Translations under genes and position numbers: made by a program
The notes under the pieces: model-generated
The model's database searches: none
The model's input: the letters and a program-made list of their open reading frames with translations, nothing else
What the model was told of the DNA's origin: nothing
From: a virus
Taxonomy: Duplodnaviria > Caudoviricetes
Direction: 5' to 3' (one strand)
Virus record (IMG/VR): IMGVR_UViG_3300044854_000085
Location: 1-64,000 of that record
Length of the DNA stretch: 64,000 bases
Part shown: piece by piece, positions 21,243-31,095 of the stretch
Position numbering within the stretch: the first letter of the stretch is position 1
Layout of the letters: each line of letters opens with the position of its first letter

Positions 21243-22263
21243 CCTCCTCTGGGACGGAAAACGGATCCGTCGATCGACACGTCAAGCCTCCAAACGCGCC
21301 GCTGAACAATTAGAAGCCGCACACCGTACGCGCCTGGCATTGGGCGAGGCCGATATCGCGCCGCGAAAGAAGGTCACGCTCAAAGATTTCTCCGCGCAGT
21401 TCAACGACTATGTGAAGGTGCGATCGGCCGAACGGCCGCATACGGTCGCCTTCTACAAGCGCACGACGTCGAAACTTCTCGAGTACGAGCCCCTCGCTGC
21501 GGTCTGGCTCCATGCGATCGATGAAACATTGATTGACGGATACGTCAGTCAACGCCGGGAACAAGTCGCGCCGGCGACGGTCAATCGCGAGCTCGCCACG
21601 CTGAAACGCATGCTGCGGCTGGCGATGACGCATTGGAAGCTGCTCGACAAGGTCCCGAAGGTCACGCTGCTCGACGGAGAACGGATTCGCGAATTCATTC
21701 TCTCGCCGGAGCTCGAAACCAAGTACCTGGCGGCGGCGCCGCAACCGTTAAAGGATGCCGCGGTCGTCATGCTCGACGCAGGCCTGCGCGCCGGCGAGCT
21801 GCTCCGTCTGACGATTCACGACATCGAATCCGAACCGAAGCAAGGCGCGAAACTCGGCTCGATTTGGATCCGGAAGGGGAAATCGAAGAATGCCAAGCGC
21901 GTCCTCTCGATGACGGAACGCGTTAATGAAACGTTGGCCAATCGGCCGCTGACCACGAGCGTTTACATCTTCCCGGGTAAGAAGCCGGAAACGCCGATAT
22001 CGATTTCGTGGCTGGAGCGGCAGCACCGCAAGGTGCGCGAGACGCTGAAGCTGCCCGAAGAGTTTGTCATCCACTCGCTGCGACACACGTTCGGAACCCG
22101 CCTGGGTGAGACCGGCGCGGACGCGTTCACAGTCATGAAGGTGATGGGTCACTCCTCGGTGACGATCTCACAGCGTTACGTGCATCCGACTCCGGACACG
22201 ATGGAACGGGCGTTCGAGCGCCTGGCTGCGTTGCAGACCGCTAAAGAAAAGAAGGAAAGTTAA
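21205..22263 (+). CDS. Second tyrosine recombinase/integrase
   Basis: N-terminal KRGKYYWYDLLWDGKRIRRST arm domain, AGLRAGEL (R), IRKGKSK (K), HSLRHTF and MGHSSVTISQRY. Confidence 0.93.
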   Translation: MSCYKRGKYYWYDLLWDGKRIRRSTRQASKRAAEQLEAAHRTRLALGEADIAPRKKVTLKDFSAQFNDYVKVRSAERPHTVAFYKRTTSKLLEYEPLAAVWLHAIDETLIDGYVSQRREQVAPATVNRELATLKRMLRLAMTHWKLLDKVPKVTLLDGERIREFILSPELETKYLAAAPQPLKDAAVVMLDAGLRAGELLRLTIHDIESEPKQGAKLGSIWIRKGKSKNAKRVLSMTERVNETLANRPLTTSVYIFPGKKPETPISISWLERQHRKVRETLKLPEEFVIHSLRHTFGTRLGETGADAFTVMKVMGHSSVTISQRYVHPTPDTMERAFERLAALQTAKEKKES

Positions 22264-22471
22264 AGCGTGAAGTACTTGGAACCGTCGTTTACAGTCGCGG
22301 TGACCGACCGCAAGACAGCACCGAAGACGCGCAACTTTCGCGAGCTCCGTGAGGATCTCGAACGTCGGCAGCGCGCCAAACGGCCGCACAAATACGTCAA
22401 CGGCGGCGTGATGTGCCAGATCTGCGGGCTGGATCCCCGCGCTGCGATTCACATCTAAAATTAAATTCATA

Positions 22472-22927
22472 ATGCCGGAAAGTAATGCAGCGCCGGCGCC
22501 ACCAGATTTCCTCAGCGCAGAAGCGCAACAAGAATGGGGCCGACTCGCTCCAGGCCTCTTCGCCTCCGGCATTCTAACCTCCACGGACATCGCGGCATTC
22601 GCGGCGTACTGCCAAGCCTGGGCAGACTTCAGTTATGCGCGACGCCAGATCCAGGCGGAGGGAATGCTCGTGGTCGGCGCCCTGGGAAATGTCATCGTGA
22701 ATCCGCTACTTTCGGTTCAGAATCGCGCGGCGCATACATTCCACAAGTTTGCGGTCGAATTCGGAATCACGCCACGATCGCGGTCGAGCCCGTCGAAGAA
22801 GAAGCCAAATGCCGAGCCGAATCGGCATATCGAAGCGTCGGCCCCGCGCCAGCCGCACACAAATGCCGAGCGGAATCGGCAAATCGAAGCGCCGGTCGAC
22901 GATCTCGACGCGTTCATGCGCGGCTGA
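22472..22927 (+). CDS. Terminase small subunit, P27 family
   Basis: PPDFLSAEAQQEWGRL...TDIAAFAAYCQAW...NPLLSVQ...EFGITPRSRS. Confidence 0.88.
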   Translation: MPESNAAPAPPDFLSAEAQQEWGRLAPGLFASGILTSTDIAAFAAYCQAWADFSYARRQIQAEGMLVVGALGNVIVNPLLSVQNRAAHTFHKFAVEFGITPRSRSSPSKKKPNAEPNRHIEASAPRQPHTNAERNRQIEAPVDDLDAFMRG

Positions 22928-22928
22928 C

Positions 22929-23435
22929 ATGAGCGAAGAACGAAAGCTGCTGCCCGCATTCGCCGTCTCGCTGATGCCGGCCAAGCAAGAAGTGTTTCTG
23001 GACGCCTATGCCAAACACGGCTGCATCACCGCGGCCGCGAAAGTCGCCGGCATCGATCGCAAGACGCATTACAACTGGCTCGGCCCGAAAGATAACCCAA
23101 CGTCCTACGCGATCCGGTTTAACGAGGCCCGAGATACATTCGCCGATCGCATTCGCTACGAGATCAAACGGCGCGCGCTGGAAGGCGTCAAAAAGGCCGT
23201 CTATTACAAGGGCGAAAAGATCGGCACCGAGGAAGAGCACTCCGACCGGCTGCTGGAAATGCTTGCCAAAGCGCATTGTCCGGAATACCGCGACAAGGCT
23301 GAAGTCACCCACAGCGGTGAGATCACGCACAAAGGGCAAGTCGGCATAACCGGCGGCGTTCTGCGCGTGGAATTTGTCAGAAGCCCCTTCGAAGACGGAT
23401 CTACTCCAAAGATTACTGATACCCGAACGCCTTGA
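22929..23435 (+). CDS. Second terminase small subunit-like protein (HTH type)
   Basis: KQEVFLDAYAKHGCITAAAKVAGIDRKTHYNW...IKRRALEGV...SDRLLEMLAK...PEYRDK; overlaps the TerL start. Confidence 0.78.
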   Translation: MSEERKLLPAFAVSLMPAKQEVFLDAYAKHGCITAAAKVAGIDRKTHYNWLGPKDNPTSYAIRFNEARDTFADRIRYEIKRRALEGVKKAVYYKGEKIGTEEEHSDRLLEMLAKAHCPEYRDKAEVTHSGEITHKGQVGITGGVLRVEFVRSPFEDGSTPKITDTRTP

Positions 23436-24684
23436 ATTCCTTTTCCAGCCCGCGCGCTTCAAAGCGGTGTGGGGTGGGCGTGGGGGCGGTAAAAGTCACA
23501 CAATCGCGGCCGCGCTAATCATTGAGGCGTATCGCCGGCCGCTGCGCGTGCTCTGCGCACGCGAGATCCAGCAATCGATCCGGGACTCGGTAAAACGTCT
23601 GCTCGACGACAAGATCGCGGCGGCCGGCATCGGCGACTTCTATCGGTCGACAGATACGGAGATCCGCGGGGCCAACGATTCGCTGTTCATTTTCGCGGGC
23701 CTGCGGACCAATATTGCGTCGGTCAAATCGCTGGAAGGCATCGACATCGCATGGATTGAAGAAGCCAACACGGTGTCTCAGGGAAGTCTCGATGTCCTGA
23801 TCCCGACCATTCGAAAGCCGGGATCCGAGCTCTGGTTTAGCTGGAACCCGCGGCACTCGACCGATCCTGTCGATGCGATGTTTCGCGGCGCCGCTCCGCC
23901 GCCGAACACGATCGTCCATGAGATCCAGTGGCGCCACAACCCGTGGTTTCCAAAGGTGCTCCAGGATGAGATGGAATGGTGCAAGGCGCGCGATCGCGAC
24001 AAATGGTTGCACGTTTGGGAAGGCGGATATCTCAGAAACTCCGAAGCGCGCGTGTTCAAGAACTGGCGCATCGGATCCCCGGACGAATTCCCAACGAAGC
24101 GCGAAACGCGGTTTTACTACGGCGCCGATTGGGGCTTCTCGACAGACCCGTCGACGCTGGTGCGCTGCTACATCGAAGGCCGCGTGCTGAAGGTCGACTA
24201 CGAAGCTTACGGCCACGGCGTCGACATCGATTTCCTGCCGTTCATGTTCGGCGGCTTCGGCGATCCCGAGCTCAAGAAGCTCAATGAGGAAGCGCACAAG
24301 AAACTCTCGAGCGGTTTGCCGCAGTACGGCGGCAAGCTGCCGAACTGGAAAGGCGTGCCGATGGCGCGCAAATGGCCGATCCGCGCGGATTCGGCCCGGC
24401 CCGAAACCATCAAGTACTTGCAGACGCATGGCTTCCCGCGGATGGTGGCGGCCAGCAAAGGCGCCGGCTCGGTTGAGGACGGCGTGGAGTTTCTCAAAAG
24501 CTACGACATCGTGGTGCATCCGCGCTGCATACACACGATTGACGAATTGACGACGTATTCCTACAAGACGGATCCGTTGACGGGCCAGGTCCTGCCGATC
24601 CTCGAAGACGACAAAAACCATATCATCGACCCGCTGCGATACGCGCTGGAAGACGCGCGCCGCCCGGGCCTGCAAATCTTTTAA
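23374..24684 (+). CDS. terL: Terminase large subunit, PBSX/XtmB family
   Basis: Walker A WGGRGGGKS, CAREIQQSI, Walker B IAWIEEA, SWNP, nuclease GADWGFSTDP and NHIIDPLRY. Exact start uncertain. Confidence 0.95.
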   Translation: MSEAPSKTDLLQRLLIPERLEFLFQPARFKAVWGGRGGGKSHTIAAALIIEAYRRPLRVLCAREIQQSIRDSVKRLLDDKIAAAGIGDFYRSTDTEIRGANDSLFIFAGLRTNIASVKSLEGIDIAWIEEANTVSQGSLDVLIPTIRKPGSELWFSWNPRHSTDPVDAMFRGAAPPPNTIVHEIQWRHNPWFPKVLQDEMEWCKARDRDKWLHVWEGGYLRNSEARVFKNWRIGSPDEFPTKRETRFYYGADWGFSTDPSTLVRCYIEGRVLKVDYEAYGHGVDIDFLPFMFGGFGDPELKKLNEEAHKKLSSGLPQYGGKLPNWKGVPMARKWPIRADSARPETIKYLQTHGFPRMVAASKGAGSVEDGVEFLKSYDIVVHPRCIHTIDELTTYSYKTDPLTGQVLPILEDDKNHIIDPLRYALEDARRPGLQIF

Positions 24685-26939
24685 TGAAATTCTCACACCG
24701 TTTCGCACGTTGGGTATTACGGCGCGCCGCCGAACTCCCTCTTCCCATGCAAGCCCGCGAAGGCTTCCTGCTCAACGTCGGCGCCGGCAATGATTTAGAA
24801 CTACGCCCGGTCAAAACGAAGTCCGACCAGCTCGACTCCTATGCGGGTTGGGTATATGCATGCGCGTCGACGATCGCCTCCGATCTCCGCGCCAATCCAT
24901 GGGCCGTCTGGAAGAAGACCGGCAAGCGCCGCGAAGACTGGGAGGAAGCCGACAAGGCCTCGCTGCCATCGCTATTCAGCCGCCCCAACAGCACGCAGAC
25001 CTGGGGACAATTCATTGAACTCCGGAACCTGCACAAGGATCTGTGCGGCGAAGCGTACTGGCATCTGATCTGTTCCAAACCCGGCGGCGCCGTCGTCGGC
25101 ATCCAGCTCATTCAACCCGACTATGTCGAACAGCCAGTCCTTGACGGCCCACGCATCGTCGGGTGGAGAGTGAGCATCGGGGGACGCAGCGCCACCACGA
25201 TCGATGCGCAGGACATCATTCCGGACTTCTATCCGCATCCGGCCGATCCGCTGCGCGGCGCTTCCCCGGTTGAAGCGTTCGCACTGTCGCATCATCTGGA
25301 TCTCTATATGCGCGCGTACGGCGTGAAGATGGTTCGCGACGGGTCCTCGATTGCTCAATATCTCAAAACCGAACAAGAACTGACTCCCGAACAAGCCGAA
25401 GCGTCAGCCGAACAGGTGACTGCGCGCGGCCGCCGGATCGGCCGGCTTCACGTTTTCGGCAAAGGCGTATCGGTTGAAACGCCGGGCCTGCCGTTCAAGG
25501 AGTTGGAGTTGCTGGACACACTGAAGCCGTCGCAGCAACAAATCATGGGCATCTACAAGGTGCCCGCCTCGAAGCTCGGCATTGTCGAAGACAGCAACCG
25601 CGCCAACATGGAAGCGGCCTCCTACAACTACAACCTGAATGCGCTGTGGCCGCGGCTGATGACGTTCGATGAAATCATGAATTTGATTCTGATGCCGCGC
25701 GTATTCGGTAAAGCGGCCTCCGGTTTGGCGTATGAATCCGAGAGTCCGGTCAAAGAGGATGAGCAGCAAATCTTCGATCGCGCGCTGAAAAAGTTTAATG
25801 CGGGACTGATCAAGGTCAATCAGGCGTTACACGAAGTCGGCGCCGACGATCAGGGCGAAGAAGGCAACGTCTACTTCATTCCGTCGACCGTGACGATCGT
25901 CAAGAACCTGGAACCGACGCCGCCGAAGCCGGAACCCACAGTCTCGCCAATCGCCCCCAACAATGAAAGCGGCGGGCAATCGCCCGCCGCTCCCACCCCG
26001 CAAACAAACCAACCGAAACAGGCCAATCCTATCGAAGAGGCCACAAAGAAGATAGCCGCGGCCGCTCAAGTGACCGCCGATGCGGGCATGCGCCTGGCGC
26101 TCGACGCCAACAAGCGCGAGATGGCGGTCATGCGGAGGCAATTGGCCGAAGAACGCTACCTGCGCATGCAGGAGCAGCTCGAAGCGCGCGCCAAATCGAA
26201 GTTGCGGGCGCAGTTCTCGCGCGACCTGAAGGAAACCAAGCGGCTGCTCGATGAACATTTCGCCGGCACGCGCATCATGCGTCCTCCGGCAGGATTCCCG
26301 GAACAACTCATGGTTCTGGATATGGGAACGCGGAACTGGATCGACGACGCCGCCAAAGCGAACCACGATGAATGGCTCGATCTGCTGCGCGAGATCACAT
26401 TGGACGGCGCGCGCGCGGGCACGGAACTGCTCAAACAGGAAGTCGCCGGCGGAATCTCCTTCAACGTGTTCCAACAGAAGGCCGCCGAATTCGCTGCACG
26501 GCACGCGGCCGAAAAAATCAGCGGCATTCAGATCACGACGGAAAGAGCCGTCCGCCAATTGATCACGCGCGCGGTGGAAGACGGCTCGAGCCTGGCGGAC
26601 ACATCGAAGGGTTTGGCCGAGCTCTACGACGAATTCAAAGGCAGCCGCGCGGAAACGATCGCGCGCACCGAAACATCAACCGCCGTCAGTTGGGGCAAGT
26701 ATCAAGCGGCGCGAACCAGCGCCGCGAACCTGGGCTTAACGCTAGAGCGCCAATGGGTTGCCACGCGAGACGATCGAACACGCGATACGCACGCTGAGGC
26801 CGACGGTCAGACGATCGCTTTGAACGACACGTATGTCGTCGGCGGCGCGAACCTGAGACAACCGTCCGATCCCAACGGGCCGGCTGAAGAAACAATCAAC
26901 TGCCGGTGTACGGAAACGTACATCGACGTTTCGGACTAG
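24684..26939 (+). CDS. Portal protein (HK97-type) fused to a Mu gpF-like minor head domain
   Basis: N-terminal ~410 aa portal (WVYACASTIA, GEAYW, IMGIYKVPASKLG), P/Q-rich linker, then C-terminal AETIARTE...QWVATRDDRTRDTH...INCRC (MuF signature). Confidence 0.9.
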   Translation: MKFSHRFARWVLRRAAELPLPMQAREGFLLNVGAGNDLELRPVKTKSDQLDSYAGWVYACASTIASDLRANPWAVWKKTGKRREDWEEADKASLPSLFSRPNSTQTWGQFIELRNLHKDLCGEAYWHLICSKPGGAVVGIQLIQPDYVEQPVLDGPRIVGWRVSIGGRSATTIDAQDIIPDFYPHPADPLRGASPVEAFALSHHLDLYMRAYGVKMVRDGSSIAQYLKTEQELTPEQAEASAEQVTARGRRIGRLHVFGKGVSVETPGLPFKELELLDTLKPSQQQIMGIYKVPASKLGIVEDSNRANMEAASYNYNLNALWPRLMTFDEIMNLILMPRVFGKAASGLAYESESPVKEDEQQIFDRALKKFNAGLIKVNQALHEVGADDQGEEGNVYFIPSTVTIVKNLEPTPPKPEPTVSPIAPNNESGGQSPAAPTPQTNQPKQANPIEEATKKIAAAAQVTADAGMRLALDANKREMAVMRRQLAEERYLRMQEQLEARAKSKLRAQFSRDLKETKRLLDEHFAGTRIMRPPAGFPEQLMVLDMGTRNWIDDAAKANHDEWLDLLREITLDGARAGTELLKQEVAGGISFNVFQQKAAEFAARHAAEKISGIQITTERAVRQLITRAVEDGSSLADTSKGLAELYDEFKGSRAETIARTETSTAVSWGKYQAARTSAANLGLTLERQWVATRDDRTRDTHAEADGQTIALNDTYVVGGANLRQPSDPNGPAEETINCRCTETYIDVSD

Positions 26940-26974
26940 AATCCGAATCACCATAACAACTTTTGCGAAATGAC

Positions 26975-27004
26975 AGGCCCGCCTCCCCGGCGGGCCTTTT
27001 CTTT
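26975..27004 (+). terminator. Rho-independent terminator-like hairpin
   Basis: AGGCCCGCC-N5-GGCGGGCCT followed by a T-run. Confidence 0.65.
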
Positions 27005-27018
27005 TGGAGCTGATTTTC

Positions 27019-27663
27019 ATGGATGAAAAACTCTGTATGCGCGGCGCTTTCTTAAGCGCCGACGACACATCGCGCGTGATTACCTTCCGCGCATCCTCCG
27101 CCGCAGTCGACCGCCACGGCACCCGCATCGATCCCACTGGCATCGACACCGACAACTACAACCAGAATCCCGTGTTCTGTTGGGCGCATGACGCCTACCC
27201 CTCCATGTTCGGCGTGCCGAAGATGGAACACGTGCTGGGCCGTGTTGTCGCGACGCGAGCATCGAATGATGCCTTCGACATCGATGTCGAATTCGCGACC
27301 GCCGACGTGAATCCGCTCGCCGACCAGGCCTTGAAGATGGTCAAGGCGCGGTTCCTCAATGCCGTGAGCATCGGCTTCCGGATCATCGACGCGCACGTGA
27401 GCGTGGTTGACGGCGAAGAGATCCCGATGATCACCAAGTGCGAGCTGCTGGAAATCTCGCTCGTGGCCGTGCCGTCGAATCCCGAGGCGCTGGCTTTATC
27501 GCGGGCCAAAGAAAAAACGAAATCGAGCGTTCCCCCTGTGGAACGCCAACAATCTTCAACGCCTCCCTCCCAAGAGGCAGACTTCGGCGTTGTGATCCAC
27601 GCGCTCCAACGCGCGTTCACCGACTGGCAGATCCAGAAAGCTTTTGAATCTGCCCTCAATTAG
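27019..27663 (+). CDS. HK97-family prohead protease
   Basis: VDRHGTRIDP, NPVFCWAH, FLNAVSIGF and LLEISLVAVPSNPEAL. Confidence 0.92.
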   Translation: MDEKLCMRGAFLSADDTSRVITFRASSAAVDRHGTRIDPTGIDTDNYNQNPVFCWAHDAYPSMFGVPKMEHVLGRVVATRASNDAFDIDVEFATADVNPLADQALKMVKARFLNAVSIGFRIIDAHVSVVDGEEIPMITKCELLEISLVAVPSNPEALALSRAKEKTKSSVPPVERQQSSTPPSQEADFGVVIHALQRAFTDWQIQKAFESALN

Positions 27664-27711
27664 CAAACAGACCGATCCCCAAATCCCAAAACACAACTCG
27701 GAGTAAAGAAA

Positions 27712-29028
27712 ATGGAAACCCAGAATACGGATTTCGCCGCCGTCGTGCGCGCCGAAATCAAACAGGTCGAAGAGACCTTGAAATCCCACGTGTCCGGCCA
27801 GGTTGCCGAACAGTTCCGCACGGTTCAGGCCGACATGGCCGCGATCCGCGAAGACCTGAAGACACGCGCGTTGGCCGGCGAATCGCCGAAAGCCGAAAGC
27901 GTGAAGGAACTCGAAACGCGGTTGGCCGCGGCCGAGACTTCCGTTCGCGAAATGGTTGAAGCTGCGAAAACAGCGACGACCAAAGTCACGTCGATGAATG
28001 AAGAGGAGCGCGATGCGAAACTCTTCACGGGCGCTTTCATCGCCAATCAGGAGGAGCTGCGAAGCCGCCTGTATCAGTTGCGCCAGTTCGGAAGCGACAG
28101 CACGCGCGCTATCGACGCGTCGCTGTTTGCGACCGGCGGCAAGCTGAGCCCCGAGACCGCGGACCGATTCATCGATTGGGTCATTCAGAAGCAAGCGGCT
28201 CTTTCGAGAATCACCACGCGCCGGATGCTGGCTCCCCAGGGCCACATCGATGAGCTGACGGTGTCCCGCCGCAGCATGCGCAAAGCCGTCGACGGCGAAG
28301 CGCCAACGGTTGCCGATGCCATCGGCACCAAGCGCCGGACGTTGACGACAGTCGAAGTCATCTGGGCGGAAGACATCACACTGACGTTCCTCGAAGACAA
28401 CATCGAGCGACGCGGTGCGGAAGCCCACATCGCCCGGCTGATCGCGACGCAGTTCGGCAACGACGCCAACGATCTGGGCTGGAACGGCGACGACAGCGAA
28501 GATTCCAGCGGCGGCGATCCGTTCCGCTCCATCAACCAGGGATGGATCCGGTTGGCGCAAGACGACAACCAGGTCAACGACGTCGACGCGTCGGACAACT
28601 CCGGCGACGATGCCACCTGCTCGGGCGTCCTCGGCGAAGCGATGCGCAGCCTTCCCGTCGAATACCTCGGCCTGGGCGACCTCGGCTACTTCATGCCGTT
28701 GCCGTTCTGCCAACGCTATGCGGAGGAATTGTCTCAGCGCAAGACGCCGCTCGGCGACCAGGTAATGGTCAACGGTTTCCCCGTGCTCCGATATTTCGGA
28801 TTGCCCGTGATTCCGGAAGTCCACCTGTACGAATTCACCCAGGACAAGGGCATGCTGACCCCGCTCAGCAACCTCGTGTTCGGCGTGCAGCGCGTCGTGA
28901 CGGTTGATGCGGAATGGCGGCCTCGCAAGCGCGCGGTGGAATACACCGTGACGGCGAGAATCGACTACGAGTACTCGACTGGCAAAGCCATCGCGCTCGT
29001 GTCCGGTATCCCGGCCTTCCTGCGGTAG
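27712..29028 (+). CDS. Major capsid protein (HK97 fold, N-terminal coiled-coil delta domain)
   Basis: Follows the protease; coiled-coil N-terminus; GGKLSPETADRFI and FGNDANDLGWNGD; 438 aa. Confidence 0.88.
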   Translation: METQNTDFAAVVRAEIKQVEETLKSHVSGQVAEQFRTVQADMAAIREDLKTRALAGESPKAESVKELETRLAAAETSVREMVEAAKTATTKVTSMNEEERDAKLFTGAFIANQEELRSRLYQLRQFGSDSTRAIDASLFATGGKLSPETADRFIDWVIQKQAALSRITTRRMLAPQGHIDELTVSRRSMRKAVDGEAPTVADAIGTKRRTLTTVEVIWAEDITLTFLEDNIERRGAEAHIARLIATQFGNDANDLGWNGDDSEDSSGGDPFRSINQGWIRLAQDDNQVNDVDASDNSGDDATCSGVLGEAMRSLPVEYLGLGDLGYFMPLPFCQRYAEELSQRKTPLGDQVMVNGFPVLRYFGLPVIPEVHLYEFTQDKGMLTPLSNLVFGVQRVVTVDAEWRPRKRAVEYTVTARIDYEYSTGKAIALVSGIPAFLR

Positions 29029-29072
29029 TCGCAATTCATGACGGCGTTGGCTCCCCCGTGCCGTCATCCTCC

Positions 29073-29106
29073 CCGGGCCCGGGTTTACCGGGCCCGGCCT
29101 TTTTTC
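29073..29106 (+). terminator. Rho-independent terminator after capsid gene
   Basis: CCGGGCCCGG-N5-CCGGGCCCGG followed by TTTTTT. Confidence 0.75.
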
Positions 29107-29121
29107 ACCAGCTTCTCAGAA

Positions 29122-29142
29122 GTAGGAGAAGCGTTCTCCTAC
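29122..29142. repeat. Late-region palindrome copy 1, GTAGGAGAA-GCG-TTCTCCTAC
   Basis: Perfect 9-bp inverted repeat; same motif at 38093 and 44824. Confidence 0.85.
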
Positions 29143-29213
29143 CGCTTCTCACACCGGCCAATGGGTCGGAGTGGGACGGATAGGGATGAATCGGGACAGA
29201 TAGGGCTTTACAC

Positions 29214-29495
29214 ATGAACGATGCAATTCCTGTAGTGACTGCGGCGGTCGACAAAGCCGAAGTCGCTTTACCGAACTTCTCACGGGCCGCGCGCGTCTGG
29301 TCGACAGCCGATTGGGCACGGTTCAAAACCTCCGATGGCAAAAAGTACGTAACGATCGAGAACAAGAACGGCGGCATTGTGTCGCGATCGATCCGCTTAC
29401 TGGAACCAGACACGCGATCGGTTAAACAACGCAAGCGCGATCGGCGCGCAGCGCGCGAGCTTGGCGCTATCGCCGCGAAGGCGCAGACGGCATGA
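29214..29495 (+). CDS. Hypothetical head-associated protein
   Basis: 93-aa ORF overlapping the adaptor start (ATGA). Confidence 0.6.
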   Translation: MNDAIPVVTAAVDKAEVALPNFSRAARVWSTADWARFKTSDGKKYVTIENKNGGIVSRSIRLLEPDTRSVKQRKRDRRAARELGAIAAKAQTA

Positions 29496-30073
29496 AACGC
29501 CTGATCACCATCGGCGATGTCTGCACGTATTTGAAGATCGCCGCCACACCCGACGTGGAGCCGGCAATCGATACGGCGCACGCGCTGGTTGCCGCGCATC
29601 TGCTGGTGCAGTCCCTCGATCGAGCGGTACGCACCGAGAAACACAAGCCGACGTGGGACACCCGGCTGATCGTGACGCGCAGCGGGCCCATCGCCACATT
29701 CACATCCGCGAAACTGAACGGCGTGGCCATCAGCGAGGACAACTATCTGTCCCGCTTCTGGACGATCGAAAACATTGGCGATGAGCCGTGGGTCCGCGGC
29801 GATGTGCTCGAACTGGAATTCACCACCGGCTTCGGGAAGCTGGAATCCTCCGCCGGCGACGACGTCTATTTGCCGTTCAACGTGAAGCGCGCGCTGATCA
29901 TCACCGCGGCCGTGCTGCACAAGCGCAACTCAACGAACGTGGATCCGACCGTCACGTCCGAACGTATCGGCGATTACTCCTACACCCGCAGCGATCGAAA
30001 CTCAGATGAACACGGCGACATCCCCCAGGCCGCCGCGGACCTTTTACTTGAGTACAGAAAGCCGAGGATATGA
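29492..30073 (+). CDS. Head-tail adaptor (gp6/gp15-like)
   Basis: Position after capsid; LITIGDVCTYL, PFNVKRALII and TSERIGDYSYT. Confidence 0.82.
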   Translation: MKRLITIGDVCTYLKIAATPDVEPAIDTAHALVAAHLLVQSLDRAVRTEKHKPTWDTRLIVTRSGPIATFTSAKLNGVAISEDNYLSRFWTIENIGDEPWVRGDVLELEFTTGFGKLESSAGDDVYLPFNVKRALIITAAVLHKRNSTNVDPTVTSERIGDYSYTRSDRNSDEHGDIPQAAADLLLEYRKPRI

Positions 30074-30232
30074 GCGACAGAGAAATCGCCGCCCTCGGTA
30101 CTGCATTCGGCGCAGGACTGATGCTGCTGTGTTTCGGTTTGTGGTCTCACAGTGAGCAGATGCTCGCTTGGGGAGGCTTTGCATCCGCTATCGCCGGCTT
30201 TCTCTTATTTCTCGAACTGACGTAGTGCAGCA

Positions 30233-30838
30233 ATGCCCTGGCGCGTGCCCGACGAATGGAAGGGCGAAACGGCCGTCATCTTCGGCGGCGGTCCTTCACT
30301 GAACCAAGCCGACGTGGACTATGCGATCTCGCGCGGCTGGCGTCGGATTGCATGCAACAACGCCTATCTGCTCGACCCGCACGCCGACGTGCTGTGTTGG
30401 GCCGATCAACGCTGGTATTTGTGGAACCGCAAGGATCTCCACAAGCACGTTGGGAAATACAAGGTCTGTTGGCGTCTCGTGCCGGCGACGACCGGGCTCA
30501 CGATCAAGACGCTGATGCATCACCGCGGCGTGGTCTCGAACGATCCTCTGGCGATCGTCGCCAACAACACCGGCCAGGGCGCGATCAACCTCGCCTACCT
30601 GTTCGGCGCGAAGCGCATTCTGTTGCTCGGCTTCGATATGCGCACGCACGGCGCTCAACACAACTGGCACAAGCTGCACCAGCGCGGAACGGCGCAGAGC
30701 CGCTATAAGGAAGTGTTCGGGCCCGCGATCGCGAAAGCCGGAGAAGCGATCCAGAAGAAGGGCGTGACGATCCTCAACTGCACGAAGGATTCAGCCATGA
30801 AGTGTTTTCCGATCGTCGATATCCGGGAGATCCAATGA
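30233..30838 (+). CDS. DUF115/Maf (GT42 CstII-like fold) putative ulosonic-acid glycosyltransferase 1
   Basis: AVIFGGGPSL...IACNNAY...NNTGQGAINLAYLFGAKRILLLGFDM resembles the nucleotide-sugar binding motifs of CstII/Maf (IAGNGPSL, GYKEIYLSGIDF). Confidence 0.72.
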   Translation: MPWRVPDEWKGETAVIFGGGPSLNQADVDYAISRGWRRIACNNAYLLDPHADVLCWADQRWYLWNRKDLHKHVGKYKVCWRLVPATTGLTIKTLMHHRGVVSNDPLAIVANNTGQGAINLAYLFGAKRILLLGFDMRTHGAQHNWHKLHQRGTAQSRYKEVFGPAIAKAGEAIQKKGVTILNCTKDSAMKCFPIVDIREIQ

Positions 30839-31095
30839 CGGTTGAACAGAAACTCGCGCGGCTAACGCCGTCCCATCACCACTTCGAACGGGTCCTCGAT
30901 CCGTGGCACGTCGACGCATTCGTGGGAACGCCGGCCGAAGGACACGGCATCGGTGGCGAACGCCGCGTGGTCTGGTACTCGGTCGATTGGTGCGGCAACC
31001 TGATTCAGTGTTGGGGCGAAGACACGCCGCCGGGAGTCGAAGCCAGCGATAAGGACGGCCAGAAGATCATCGCCGGATGCCCGGCCAACGAGTAA
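30835..31095 (+). CDS. Hypothetical protein
   Basis: ATGA overlap upstream and TAATG overlap with kdsA. Confidence 0.6.
   Translation: MTVEQKLARLTPSHHHFERVLDPWHVDAFVGTPAEGHGIGGERRVVWYSVDWCGNLIQCWGEDTPPGVEASDKDGQKIIAGCPANE

Noticed and set aside
27556-29067. Long antisense ORFs opposite the capsid, terL (23515-24708), TMP (41021-42664) and tail-tip (48581-50881) genes
   Set aside because: Typical stop-poor reverse frames of high-GC3 genes; the sense genes have clear family motifs.
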